DNA of 64,000 nucleotides from Bacillota bacterium (GCA_022702935.2 JAKIML020000053.1:1245-65244); one strand, 5' to 3'; shown: positions 30,161-38,739, numbered from the stretch's first letter. The notes: generated by a model not told the origin, from the letters alone. Translations and numbers: made by a program.

Positions 30161-30340
30161 ATGAGCAGACGGAAAGGCATTATGTCAGATGGTCTGAAGT
30201 ATGAGATTGCCCGAGAGCTTGGTGTATACGACACGGTAAGCAGAGAAGGATGGGGATCAGTAACATCCCGAGATTGCGGTAATATGGTGAGAAAGGCAAT
30301 CGAGTTGGCAAACAGGAACTCCGCAGTACAACCGGAATAG
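30161..30340 (+). CDS. Small acid-soluble spore protein, alpha/beta type
   Basis: 59-aa ORF absent from the ORF track: MSRRKGIMSDGLKYEIARELGVYDTVSREGWGSVTSRDCGNMVRKAIELANRNSAVQPE. Both conserved SASP blocks are present (K-x-E-I-A-x-E-L-G and G-x-x-T-S-R-x-x-G). AAGGAGGG RBS, with a terminator downstream. Confidence 0.85.
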   Translation: MSRRKGIMSDGLKYEIARELGVYDTVSREGWGSVTSRDCGNMVRKAIELANRNSAVQPE

Positions 30341-30395
30341 CTGTTGCGGGGTACAGTTATCCGGTAGAGGGTGAATCGAAAGCGTATTAAAATAG

Positions 30396-30424
30396 AGGGC
30401 ATGGAAGTAATTCCATGCCCTTTG
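30396..30424 (+). terminator. Terminator after the SASP gene
   Basis: Hairpin GGGCATGGAA-GTA-ATTCCATGCCC followed by TTTG. Confidence 0.6.
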
Positions 30425-30437
30425 CCCCTGAATTGGG

Positions 30438-30466
30438 TTGACAAAGCATCTTGGCTATTGTAGAAT
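30438..30466 (+). promoter_or_regulatory. Sigma-A promoter for the tRNA-Ser pair
   Basis: TTGACA (30438-30443), a 17-nt spacer, then TAGAAT (30461-30466). Confidence 0.55.
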
Positions 30467-30491
30467 AGATTCCGTCACTTAACTTCATAAT

Positions 30492-30582
30492 GGAGAGATG
30501 GTCGAGTTGGTTTAAGGCACCGGTCTTGAAAACCGGCGTAGGTGCGAGCCTACCGTGAGTTCGAATCTCACTCTCTCCGCCA
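30492..30582 (+). tRNA. tRNA-Ser (anticodon UGA), CCA encoded
   Basis: Acceptor GGAGAGA/TCTCTCC, anticodon loop CTTGAAA, long variable arm, T-loop GTTCGAATC. Confidence 0.9.
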
Positions 30583-30594
30583 CATTATTTTTTT

Positions 30595-30686
30595 GGAGAA
30601 GTACCCAAGCAGGTCGAAGGGGACGGTTTGCTAAACCGTTAGTAGGGGTAACTCTAGCGCGGGTTCGAATCCCGCCTTCTCCGCCA
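30595..30686 (+). tRNA. tRNA-Ser (anticodon GCU), CCA encoded
   Basis: Acceptor GGAGAAG/CTTCTCC, anticodon loop TTGCTAA, long variable arm, T-loop GGTTCGAATCC. Confidence 0.9.
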
Positions 30687-30689
30687 GAT

Positions 30690-30727
30690 AAACGCATTTC
30701 ACAAGATTCGTGAAATGCGTTTTTTCA
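30690..30727 (+). terminator. Terminator after the tRNA-Ser pair
   Basis: Hairpin AAACGCATTTCAC-AAGATTC-GTGAAATGCGTTT followed by a T-run. Confidence 0.8.
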
Positions 30728-30855
30728 TGCTGATTTTCATTATGTTACATCATGTAATAAACCTGAATTGTCCCGAAAAGCTGTGAGAGCCAAATACTAC
30801 AATTCGACAATTTGTGATATAATCTGCAAAAGATCAAATGTGGGGGTGCATCACT

Positions 30856-31536
30856 ATGTTTTGCAAGAAATGTGGAGCTCAACTGAATGAATGGGTAAAG
30901 TTTTGCTCAAACTGCGGGTGTGAGGTTGCTAATAAAGGCGAAGCAAAGCCGGATACCCAAACAACAACAATAACACCGGCCTTGAGGGTGCAAGAGAATA
31001 CTGCTCAGGCAAATATTCCCCCTGTAACTCACACTACCCAGACCAAGGCGCATCTGTTTAGTCCCATAGTATTTATAGGCGCGCTGCTGTCCATGATCGC
31101 TTTCTTTGTTCCTTTCTTTTCGATTGATGTCATAGGCTATACCGAGGAAACCACCTATGTGTCAATGCTGGAGCAGGTTTACCGGTCCATTGAGTCAATC
31201 AATAGCTATTCATCAAATAAATATATTAGAAATTATGCGCCCGCGGTCAGAAATGAGCTTTCGTCATTGGCCACTGGTGCTATAATAGTTGAAATTGCTT
31301 TGATCCTACCCGTTTTCCTTTCATTCTGTGCCTTCCTCTCCTCTTTCAAAAGGCCTAGAAGAGCTGCAATTTTTGCGCTGCTTTCAGGGGTGTGGATGAC
31401 GGCTATGGTCGTCTATGTTTCTTCACAATTTGGGGATGCTTTAAGCCTCGTCTCTGACTTTACAAGTTTGCGCATCGGCGTGTTACTGTATGTTCTGGGT
31501 ATCATCATGACCGTCATGGGCCCTAAAAAGGCTTAA
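30856..31536 (+). CDS. Zinc-ribbon membrane protein of unknown function
   Basis: About 226 aa from MFCKKCGAQLNEWVKFCSNCGCEV (CxxC...CxxC), followed by four hydrophobic helices. GGGGGTG RBS 7 nt upstream. Confidence 0.6.
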   Translation: MFCKKCGAQLNEWVKFCSNCGCEVANKGEAKPDTQTTTITPALRVQENTAQANIPPVTHTTQTKAHLFSPIVFIGALLSMIAFFVPFFSIDVIGYTEETTYVSMLEQVYRSIESINSYSSNKYIRNYAPAVRNELSSLATGAIIVEIALILPVFLSFCAFLSSFKRPRRAAIFALLSGVWMTAMVVYVSSQFGDALSLVSDFTSLRIGVLLYVLGIIMTVMGPKKA

Positions 31537-31570
31537 GTCGTAGTCATTAATAGCAAAGTGGGGGAAGCCG

Positions 31571-33361
31571 ATGAATATTGACGCTGTAATAAGACGAGCT
31601 TATTTGTCACTGGAGGATGGCGACTTTGACAAGGCCAATGAACTGTTTGACCAGGTTCTGAACGAAGAACCTGAGAACGCATTAGCCTATGTAGGCCTAT
31701 TGTGTGCTGAATTAAAGGTTAAAAATGAGCGTGAATTGGCAAACTGTCCGTCGCCCATAGAAGGACTGAATAACTTTAAAAGAGCGGTGCGTTTTGGTGA
31801 TGATGCACTGGCCGAGCGGTTAAAAGGATACAATCGCGCAATTATTAACAGGATTAACGCAGAATCCAAAGAGAACTACTATTTAGATGCTATAAAGCAA
31901 TTTACCGCTGTAATCAAAATGCGCGAAGAGACAGAAGAGCAATGCCTCCAAAAATTCGAGGCCATTTCTGCTGCTGCCGAGAGATTTCGTGCTCTGGGTG
32001 ATTATAAGGATGCTTTGGCTCATGTCAACAAATGTGAAAGCGAGGCTCAGACCGCAAAAGCCTTGTCGGAGAAACGCAAAGAAGAAAAGCTTGAAGCCCG
32101 GAGAAAAAAGAAAAAAGGAATGCGGAAGAAACTCAAGGCTCTTATCATTACAGTGGTCATTATAGGCGTCGGCATATTGGGCTTTATGGGATTTCGATGG
32201 GCCTGTGATAAACTGAACACCCATTATAGCAGAGCCGCCTATACTGCCTTTAACAACGGCGACTATGAGAAGGCTAAGAAGCTTTATACTAAAAGTGTTT
32301 GGTTCTATGTCCATACTAAATACGGCGCTTCCTCCGCCTCGAACTCTTCTTATTTCATTCAGCGTTACGAAGAGCAATGCGAAAGAACAAAGCTTGCTGT
32401 AGAAGCTTTTGAGCACATTTACAATGGTGATTATGAAAAAGGGAATGCAATCTTTGATTCACAGGATGTGACCATCCGGGACTTACCCGAAAAAGTCGTT
32501 GAAGAGCAACTGCCTCGAATGCTGGATAAACTCGATCCCGTTCAGGTTGAAATGGATATGAAGTCCATCTATTGGGTGAACCAGGATGGAACAGTGGGCA
32601 GAATAGGCGGCAATCCAATTGTTGATGGATGGACAAACATTTCAAAAATAAGAGTGAATGCTATGTCTGACAGCGGTATGGACTCGTATGTTGCGGGCCT
32701 TCGCAGCGACGGTGTGTTGATCAATACGGCTTATACCTCTCACAGCATAAGAAATGTCGCGGATTTTGACATCGTTCTTGTTCCGGGATATGAAAGAGAT
32801 TCATATATTGATTACCCTGTTATTGTTGCTGCGCGGACTGACGGGAAAGCCACCTGGTATGCAGGGGATTATGAACCCAGTCCTCTGTCGGGCCTGGATC
32901 AATTGGCAGGATGGTCCGATATAAAGCAAATCAGAGCAAGAGCTGATTATGCGTACATTTCCATCAGCGATCCGGATAGAATGTTTCCAGAGGAATACGC
33001 CCATATTAATTCAGGCAGCATGAGTGTTGTAGAAGTCATTGGTGAAACGGGCGATGGAAGCATCCTGTCATCCGCCTATAACATAAAGATTTCCTATCCC
33101 AGTGCCGATGAGATTGCAAGGGGAATTGCGGGGGATATTACCAGCAATAAGGGATGGGGTTATGTTTTAGATTCTTTGTATGGCGGATACACGCTAAATT
33201 CCAGCGGAAAAAGCAAAGCAAGGGTTGATGTTTCACCGGCCTTTACCTATAATGTTTTTCCCGGTGCATCAGATTCTTTATCCATGAGTACGGCAAATAA
33301 CGGATTCTACTCCCTGATTAAGGGTTCTGACGGCAAATGGGGTGTAAAAAAACATCAATAG
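31571..33361 (+). CDS. TPR-like / single-TM / repeat-domain protein of unknown function
   Basis: 596 aa with N-terminal TPR-like helices, a Lys-rich stretch plus a TM helix (ALIITVVIIGVGILGFMGF), and a C-terminal region with degenerate RCC1/beta-propeller-like repeats (DGTVGRIGGN..., SDGVLINT..., TDGKATWYAG...). Confidence 0.55.
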   Translation: MNIDAVIRRAYLSLEDGDFDKANELFDQVLNEEPENALAYVGLLCAELKVKNERELANCPSPIEGLNNFKRAVRFGDDALAERLKGYNRAIINRINAESKENYYLDAIKQFTAVIKMREETEEQCLQKFEAISAAAERFRALGDYKDALAHVNKCESEAQTAKALSEKRKEEKLEARRKKKKGMRKKLKALIITVVIIGVGILGFMGFRWACDKLNTHYSRAAYTAFNNGDYEKAKKLYTKSVWFYVHTKYGASSASNSSYFIQRYEEQCERTKLAVEAFEHIYNGDYEKGNAIFDSQDVTIRDLPEKVVEEQLPRMLDKLDPVQVEMDMKSIYWVNQDGTVGRIGGNPIVDGWTNISKIRVNAMSDSGMDSYVAGLRSDGVLINTAYTSHSIRNVADFDIVLVPGYERDSYIDYPVIVAARTDGKATWYAGDYEPSPLSGLDQLAGWSDIKQIRARADYAYISISDPDRMFPEEYAHINSGSMSVVEVIGETGDGSILSSAYNIKISYPSADEIARGIAGDITSNKGWGYVLDSLYGGYTLNSSGKSKARVDVSPAFTYNVFPGASDSLSMSTANNGFYSLIKGSDGKWGVKKHQ

Positions 33362-33393
33362 TCAAGAGAACCTGATATAAGCCGTGGACATTA

Positions 33394-33427
33394 AGCCGGC
33401 AGATGATGAGCTCATCTGCCGGTTTTT
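33394..33427 (+). terminator. Rho-independent terminator
   Basis: Hairpin AGCCGGCAGATGA-TGAG-CTCATCTGCCGGTT followed by TTTT. Confidence 0.8.
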
Positions 33428-33615
33428 ATGTGGATAGCATCAAATGATTCCAGAACCAGTGTCATTCTTATGCTATTGATTGAAATTTGTTAAAAATCCA
33501 CTACAAAATCCATAAAACATTGTGCACTTTGTATATGTTAATTATTTAACACATTGTGTTAAACTATTAACATAACATGACAAATAATTAACAAGCAGCA
33601 ATGGAGGTGCTTAAA

Positions 33616-33720
33616 ATGATGGATTTAGTATTACTCGGAGCCGTAATCGCAGGAACCTATTTCTTTTTGAAGGCAGTTTGGAACTATCAGCTGAGAGTGG
33701 CCCAGGAGATTAGAAAGTAA
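33616..33720 (+). CDS. Candidate 34-aa hydrophobic peptide
   Basis: MMDLVLLGAVIAGTYFFLKAVWNYQLRVAQEIRK has one TM helix and a basic tail. GGAGGTG RBS 8 nt upstream. A hairpin plus T-run follows at about 33768-33805. It is too short for the ORF track. Confidence 0.35.
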   Translation: MMDLVLLGAVIAGTYFFLKAVWNYQLRVAQEIRK

Positions 33721-33824
33721 GTCGTGATGAAAGGAATTGAATATGGACTGTAACAGTATGAATTAAGAATGCGTCTCACACCATTGTGAAACGCATTTTT
33801 TCTTTGCACAGGCCTTTATAGGAT

Positions 33825-35177
33825 TCAGGGCTCTATAGCCCTCAGAATGGCTTGATAGGCCTCTCTAAAGGACATTCCGTGGTCTTTTGCGGCCCTGGCC
33901 ACATCGTCATACTCGGGTTTTGCCCGTGATACCCCATAGCCCTGGGCGCGTTTGATTCGAATTTTCCCCAGGGTGGTTTCCGCTTCCTCAACCCTGCGCT
34001 CCAGGAGATATCTTTCACAGATGATTTTCCGCACACCCAGAGTGGTGGTGTGTTTGAATATCAAGGCAGCCATCCGTTCCTCATCCCCGTGGGAACACAA
34101 GCATACCAGCTCAAATCCCGGCCGGCTCTTCTTCATGGTGACGGGCTGCACATGGACATCCCGTGCACCCTCGACCAGAAGGACATCTATTGCATAGCCC
34201 ATGGCCTCGGGGGTCATATCGTCGATGGTGCAGCGAAGCTCCACTATGGTGTCATGGGCTATTGTCGGCTCCTGGGATGGGTACAAAAACGCTCTGACGC
34301 AATTGACGGCTTCAAAGCTCTTCCTTCCCATGCCATAGCCGATTTTGTCATAGGCCAGCATGGGCATGGGGCCGAAGCCTGATGCAAAATGCTTTATCAA
34401 TGCGGCGCCGGTGGGGGTAACCAGCTCGCCCCTGGTTCCGTCGGAGTAGGTGGGGATGCCCTGGAGAATGTAAGCCGTGGCAGGCGCAGGGACCGGGAGT
34501 ATGCCATGGGAAGTCTTAACATGGCCCGAGCCCACATGAAGGGGTGAGGCCGTCACTTTTTCGATGTAAAGCATGTCCATAAGCAGGCAGAAGCCCACAA
34601 TATCGGCAATGGCATCCAGGGTTCCGACCTCATGAAAATGGATGTGCTCCATGGGTCGCCCATGGGCCTGAGCCTCGGCCCGACCAAGAAGGGCATAAAC
34701 CCCCAGCGCATTCTCCTTTACCCGCTGGGGCAGCGCCATGGCGTCAATGACCGTGCGTATATGATCCAGCCCTGCATGGGCGTGATCATGATGCCGGGAC
34801 TCTGCCCCATGATCACGGTCCGGCTTCGGTTCATGCTGATGGTGATGCGCCTGGGCCAGGGCCTGTTCATATTGGTGGCAGGGTTCCTGGTTATGAGGAT
34901 AACAGGAATCCTGGCTATGGGTGCGGGCAGGCGTCTGCACATCCCCGGCCGCGTCTAGGCTTGCCTCCTCCTGATCCCCAATGATGACCACCATTCGGGT
35001 GCCCTGTATCCCGCATTTTTGCTCAGTCCTGGCCTCGACCTTAACCCGGGGCAGGTCCAATCCGTTCATGGTCTTCAAAAAGGCTTCTCTGTCCTTCGGT
35101 TCCAAGAGCTCATATAGGGCTGCGCAGAGCATATCCCCTGCCGCGCCCATTCCACATTCCAGATAAAGCTGTGCCAT
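33825..35177 (-). CDS. larC: Nickel-pincer cofactor nickel insertion protein LarC (DUF111 family)
   Basis: 450 aa. The N-terminus YLECGMGAAGDMLCAAL is typical of LarC. A His-rich insert is present (AHHHQHEPKPDRDHGAESRHHDHAH), and the C-terminal domain has GVRKI...VKxEYDD-like motifs. Confidence 0.85.
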   Translation of the reverse strand: MAQLYLECGMGAAGDMLCAALYELLEPKDREAFLKTMNGLDLPRVKVEARTEQKCGIQGTRMVVIIGDQEEASLDAAGDVQTPARTHSQDSCYPHNQEPCHQYEQALAQAHHHQHEPKPDRDHGAESRHHDHAHAGLDHIRTVIDAMALPQRVKENALGVYALLGRAEAQAHGRPMEHIHFHEVGTLDAIADIVGFCLLMDMLYIEKVTASPLHVGSGHVKTSHGILPVPAPATAYILQGIPTYSDGTRGELVTPTGAALIKHFASGFGPMPMLAYDKIGYGMGRKSFEAVNCVRAFLYPSQEPTIAHDTIVELRCTIDDMTPEAMGYAIDVLLVEGARDVHVQPVTMKKSRPGFELVCLCSHGDEERMAALIFKHTTTLGVRKIICERYLLERRVEEAETTLGKIRIKRAQGYGVSRAKPEYDDVARAAKDHGMSFREAYQAILRAIEP

Positions 35178-35213
35178 TGTATCGCTCCTTAAATCTCTCC
35201 ATAGGGTATGGGG

Positions 35214-35927
35214 TTATCGTCTTTTTAGGGCTTCAAGCTGGCATGCCTCCATAAGCCCTTCATCAAAGAAAAGCTCCTGCGGGCTTCCAGAGGCCGCCAC
35301 CATGCCTTTATTCAGGATCACGGCCTGATCACAGGCCTCCAGGGCCAGATCCAGATCATGGGTGGCGATGATCTTGGTCTGCTTTATTCGTCCCAACAGT
35401 CCAATCAGGTTCCTCCGGGCCTTGGGATCAAGAAAGGAGGAGGGCTCGTCAAGAACTATGACCGATGGGTTCATGGTCAAAACCGTCCCTATGGCAGCCA
35501 TGCGCTTTTCGCCCCCCGACAGCTTCAGGGAGGATCGTTTCTTCAGGTGTGAGATTTGCAGTCTTTCCAGAGTATCCTCCACAAGAGCCCTGACCTTTTC
35601 CTCACTGAAGCCCATATTCCTGGGGCCAAAGGCCAGATCGTCATAGATCATGGGCATAAACAGCTGATCATCAGGGTTTTGAAAGACCATCCCCACCCTG
35701 CGGCGTATTTCGGGAAGACTTTCCTTCGCCACCTTAAGGCCGTCTATGGTAATGGTTCCCTGCTGGGGCAGAAGCACCCCCACCAGGGCAAGAAGCAGGG
35801 TGGACTTTCCGGCCCCATTGGGGCCCACAAGGGCCAGGCTTTGTCCTTCCTTTACCGTGAAGCTCACCTGGCGTAAGGCCAAGGTTTTGTCAGGGTATGA
35901 AACAGTGACATTCTCGACTGTGATCAT
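35214..35927 (-). CDS. cbiO: ECF transporter ATPase (CbiO/NikO type)
   Basis: 237 aa with Walker A GPNGAGKST, signature LSGGEKRMAAI and Walker B VIVLDEPSSFLD. Confidence 0.9.
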   Translation of the reverse strand: MITVENVTVSYPDKTLALRQVSFTVKEGQSLALVGPNGAGKSTLLLALVGVLLPQQGTITIDGLKVAKESLPEIRRRVGMVFQNPDDQLFMPMIYDDLAFGPRNMGFSEEKVRALVEDTLERLQISHLKKRSSLKLSGGEKRMAAIGTVLTMNPSVIVLDEPSSFLDPKARRNLIGLLGRIKQTKIIATHDLDLALEACDQAVILNKGMVAASGSPQELFFDEGLMEACQLEALKRR

Positions 35928-36685
35928 GGGAGCAACCTTTCTATGATATTCACGGCCCCTGTGATATCCAAGGCTCTGAAGATCAGGCTGGAGCCTAAAA
36001 CGAGCACCAGGTAAAGGATATCTCGGGAGCTCACCTTTCTTTCTGTCGGACTTAAGTGGGCGGCTGGGTATCCGCGAAGCTTCATGGCCTGGTAGATGCG
36101 CTCGGCGCGGTCGAAGCTCCTGAGGAGCAGCTGGCCCACAAAGCTTCCCATGTGACGAAGCTCAATGCCCTTCTGCTGCCGGCTTCTCAGCCCATAGGCA
36201 AGGGCCATGGCCGAGGCCTCCTCAAGAAGGGTGCCCAGGTATCGATAGGTCATTTCAAACAGAGTTATCATCAAAGAAGGTATCTTAAGCCGTTGCATGG
36301 CCTCCGAAATAACATGGATGGGTGTGGTGGCCACCAGGAGCAAAACCGTTATAACACTGAGATAGGCCTTAAAAAGAAGGGTCAGAAAGGAGAACAACCC
36401 GGTGCTGATCGACAGCGATCCAAGGGTAAGGGCCGTTCCCGTATCCAGAACCAGATTGGAGATTCCGGCTAAAAGACAAAAGGGAAGGGCCAGGGCACAG
36501 CGCTTCAAGAGCAGGCCATAGGGCGTCTCTGAGAGGGCCATGACCACCGTGGGACAGAACACCATCGGGATCATGGGGATGAGGCTGTATCGCCCGAAGG
36601 AGACCACAATAAGGATAAAGCCCAGACTCGCAAGCAGCTTTATCAAAGGATGTAGCCGATGTATGGGGGTGTCTCTGACCGCCAA
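35924..36685 (-). CDS. cbiQ: ECF transporter transmembrane T component (CbiQ/NikQ type)
   Basis: 253 aa, polytopic, with the CbiQ-like RxxxxAxxxRG segment (ERIYQAMKLRGY). It overlaps cbiO by 4 nt. Confidence 0.8.
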   Translation of the reverse strand: MAVRDTPIHRLHPLIKLLASLGFILIVVSFGRYSLIPMIPMVFCPTVVMALSETPYGLLLKRCALALPFCLLAGISNLVLDTGTALTLGSLSISTGLFSFLTLLFKAYLSVITVLLLVATTPIHVISEAMQRLKIPSLMITLFEMTYRYLGTLLEEASAMALAYGLRSRQQKGIELRHMGSFVGQLLLRSFDRAERIYQAMKLRGYPAAHLSPTERKVSSRDILYLVLVLGSSLIFRALDITGAVNIIERLLP

Positions 36686-36754
36686 CTGCTCCAGGGAGTA
36701 AATCTCCTGGACTTTGCTTTTGATATCTGCCGTAATCGATACCTCGCTTATCTA

Positions 36755-37786
36755 TCAGTATTGGTTCTCACGAAGGCGCGTGAACTGTGGTTTTTTCTTC
36801 TTTATCCGTGACAGCACCAACCCGGTAACCCCTGCCAGAAGGAAGGTGAGCCCTCCGCCAATAAGGCCTGCAAGGCTGGTTCCAGGAATAGTACTGCTGT
36901 TCTCGGAGGTATAGTCATAATCGGGCATCAGGGCTGTCCTGTCCTGAATGAAGGCGGCGCTTTCATGAAGGGGGTTCTCTGCCGAAAGCTCGGAGGTGCC
37001 AGCCACCTTTTCTATGGACCACTCCAGGCCATCGGGGTTCTTTGAGGCATAGAGGGAAAGTATACCCCCTGTAAGCACGGTCAGGACAGCCAGGAGGGCC
37101 AGGACCTTTTTAAAGGTAACCTTCGGCGTCGAGGGGACCGACTGTGCGGCTTCGACAAGATCAGGCCGCATGCGATGGACGAAGCCCAGAATGGCAGCTG
37201 TAATGATGCCCTCCACAAGGCCGATGGCAAGATGGATGGGCTGCATCACCAGCAGAAAGGCGTTCAGGGGAAGCTCGGTCACACCTGAAGCGGCGGTCTC
37301 CAGAACCACACCCAGAGAACCCAGCTGAAGGCCTGATACGACCGACAAGATCGAGGCCAGCGTGAGGCTTTTATAGCTTACGCCCCGCTTCAGCAGGGGC
37401 CGGAACACCAGGGGATAGACCAGAAGGCAGGGGATGAGCCCCATATTGAAGATATTGCAGCCCAGGGCCAGGAGCCCTCCGTCGGCAAAGAACAGGGCTT
37501 GAATGATCAAAACCACCGAAAGGGTCAGAAAGGAGGGATAGCCTCCCAGAAGCGCTGCCAGGAGCATGCCGCCCCCAATATGGCCGCTGGAGCCCGTGGC
37601 GGGAATGGTGAAGTTTATCATCTGTGCGGCAAAAACAAAGGCCCCGGAAACAGCCATAAGGGGGACTTTCTTGTCGCTTAAGTCATCCTTATTTATTCTT
37701 GACACCGATAGAGCCATGGCCCCTGCGCTGACGGCGCCCATGGTCAGGCCCACGGCAGGTGATAACAAGGCATCTGCCATATGCAT
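36755..37786 (-). CDS. cbiM: Ni/Co ECF substrate-capture component CbiM/NikM fused to a PDGLE-domain segment
   Basis: Start chosen at MHMADALLSPAVG, which keeps the conserved Met-His N-terminus, with a GGGAGGA RBS. It has seven TM helices and a C-terminal KNPDGLEWS motif plus a final TM. The ORF-track start at 37876 would read through the leader terminator. Confidence 0.8.
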   Translation of the reverse strand: MHMADALLSPAVGLTMGAVSAGAMALSVSRINKDDLSDKKVPLMAVSGAFVFAAQMINFTIPATGSSGHIGGGMLLAALLGGYPSFLTLSVVLIIQALFFADGGLLALGCNIFNMGLIPCLLVYPLVFRPLLKRGVSYKSLTLASILSVVSGLQLGSLGVVLETAASGVTELPLNAFLLVMQPIHLAIGLVEGIITAAILGFVHRMRPDLVEAAQSVPSTPKVTFKKVLALLAVLTVLTGGILSLYASKNPDGLEWSIEKVAGTSELSAENPLHESAAFIQDRTALMPDYDYTSENSSTIPGTSLAGLIGGGLTFLLAGVTGLVLSRIKKKKPQFTRLRENQY

Positions 37787-37817
37787 GGAATGGTTCCTCC
37801 CAAAATAAAGAATACCA

Positions 37818-37948
37818 CAAAAACACCGTCGGCATTCCAATGCCGAACAATGCCTCCGTGGCAAGGTTTTCATCAACGTCAGTCCGTGTATATCTTCGTG
37901 ATATACCTGATTTTAATGTATAGTAACATATTGTTCGGTGCTTTTCAA
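37818..37948 (-). promoter_or_regulatory. Promoter plus about 100-nt leader with intrinsic terminator upstream of cbiM
   Basis: Read on the minus strand: TTGAAA, 17 nt, TACTAT (37948-37920). Then hairpin GTATATC-ACGAA-GATATAC, a duplicated GGCATT, and terminator TCGGCAT-TGGA-ATGCCGA followed by ACGGTGTTTTT (37846-37818). Confidence 0.45.
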
Positions 37949-37980
37949 GGTTACGGAAGCCTATGCTGCTTAATGCAAGC

Positions 37981-38739
37981 CTAGTTTCTCTGCCCTCTTG
38001 CCGGAGGCACCTTCCAGCCGCATAGCTCGGACCTTTGGATGGCCCCGAACAGATTGGCTTTAATATGCCGGTTTTCTTTGGTCAGGTCGGTGATGAGATC
38101 CTTAACGGTCTGCCTCTTGGTGATGCCGTCTGCCGGACAGCCGCTTCCTACAGGCATTAGCCCCAAATCCCTTACCGTCGCACGGACTAGCTTTTCCTCG
38201 GCATAGATAAGGGGCCGAATCAAGGTGATATCCTTTTTGTCCAGATAGGTCACAGGTGAGAAGGTGTGAATGCGCCCCTCATAAATCTGGGACATCAAAA
38301 GGGTCTCAATGACGTCATCCATATGGTGGGCATAGGCCACCTTGTTGCAACCAAACTGTTTTGCGGCATTGTAAATGGCCCCGCGCTTCATATTGGCGCA
38401 GAGTGAGCAGGGGTTTTGCTCCCTGCGAACGTCAAACACAATCTGCCCTATCTGGGTTTTCTCTATATGATAAGGCACGCCCGCTTTGGCGTAAAAGTCC
38501 AAAAGGCTTTGCTCGTCAAAGGCTTCAAAGCCAAGGGCCACCGAAATCGCCATCAATTCGAAGCGTGCCGGTAAGAACCGTTGCAACTCTCTGAGGGCCA
38601 GGAGGAGAAGCTGACTGTCCTTGCCGCCTGATACGCCCACAGCTATTTTGTCCCCGTCCCTAATCATGTCGTAATCGGAAACGGCCTTGCGCACTTTTGA
38701 AAGTATCTTCTGAAGCATGATATCCTGCCTTTCAGTCAA
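37981..38739 (-). CDS. ttcA: TtcA-family PP-loop ATPase (tRNA 2-thiocytidine synthase-like)
   Basis: 252 aa with PP-loop GVSGGKDS and cysteine motifs NPCSLCANMKRG and GSGCPADG, as in TtcA-type Fe-S thiolation enzymes. Confidence 0.75.
   Translation of the reverse strand: MTERQDIMLQKILSKVRKAVSDYDMIRDGDKIAVGVSGGKDSQLLLLALRELQRFLPARFELMAISVALGFEAFDEQSLLDFYAKAGVPYHIEKTQIGQIVFDVRREQNPCSLCANMKRGAIYNAAKQFGCNKVAYAHHMDDVIETLLMSQIYEGRIHTFSPVTYLDKKDITLIRPLIYAEEKLVRATVRDLGLMPVGSGCPADGITKRQTVKDLITDLTKENRHIKANLFGAIQRSELCGWKVPPARGQRN

Noticed and set aside
37787-37876. A Cys/His-rich 30-residue N-terminal extension of the cbiM ORF (MMKTLPRRHCSALECRRCFCGILYFGRNHS) might be a metal-sensing leader peptide or the true start.
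   Set aside because: It has no RBS and reads straight through the terminator hairpin. CbiM/NikM proteins need the Met-His N-terminus found at MHMAD, which has a strong GGGAGGA RBS. The extension is most likely an in-frame artefact.
37981-38739. The PP-loop ATPase next to the larC operon might be the missing LarE sulfur transferase.
   Set aside because: Its motifs (SGGKDS plus PCSLCANMKRG and GSGCPADG) align with the TtcA tRNA-thiolation family rather than LarE. It is also separated from the larC operon by a promoter and a terminator-containing leader.
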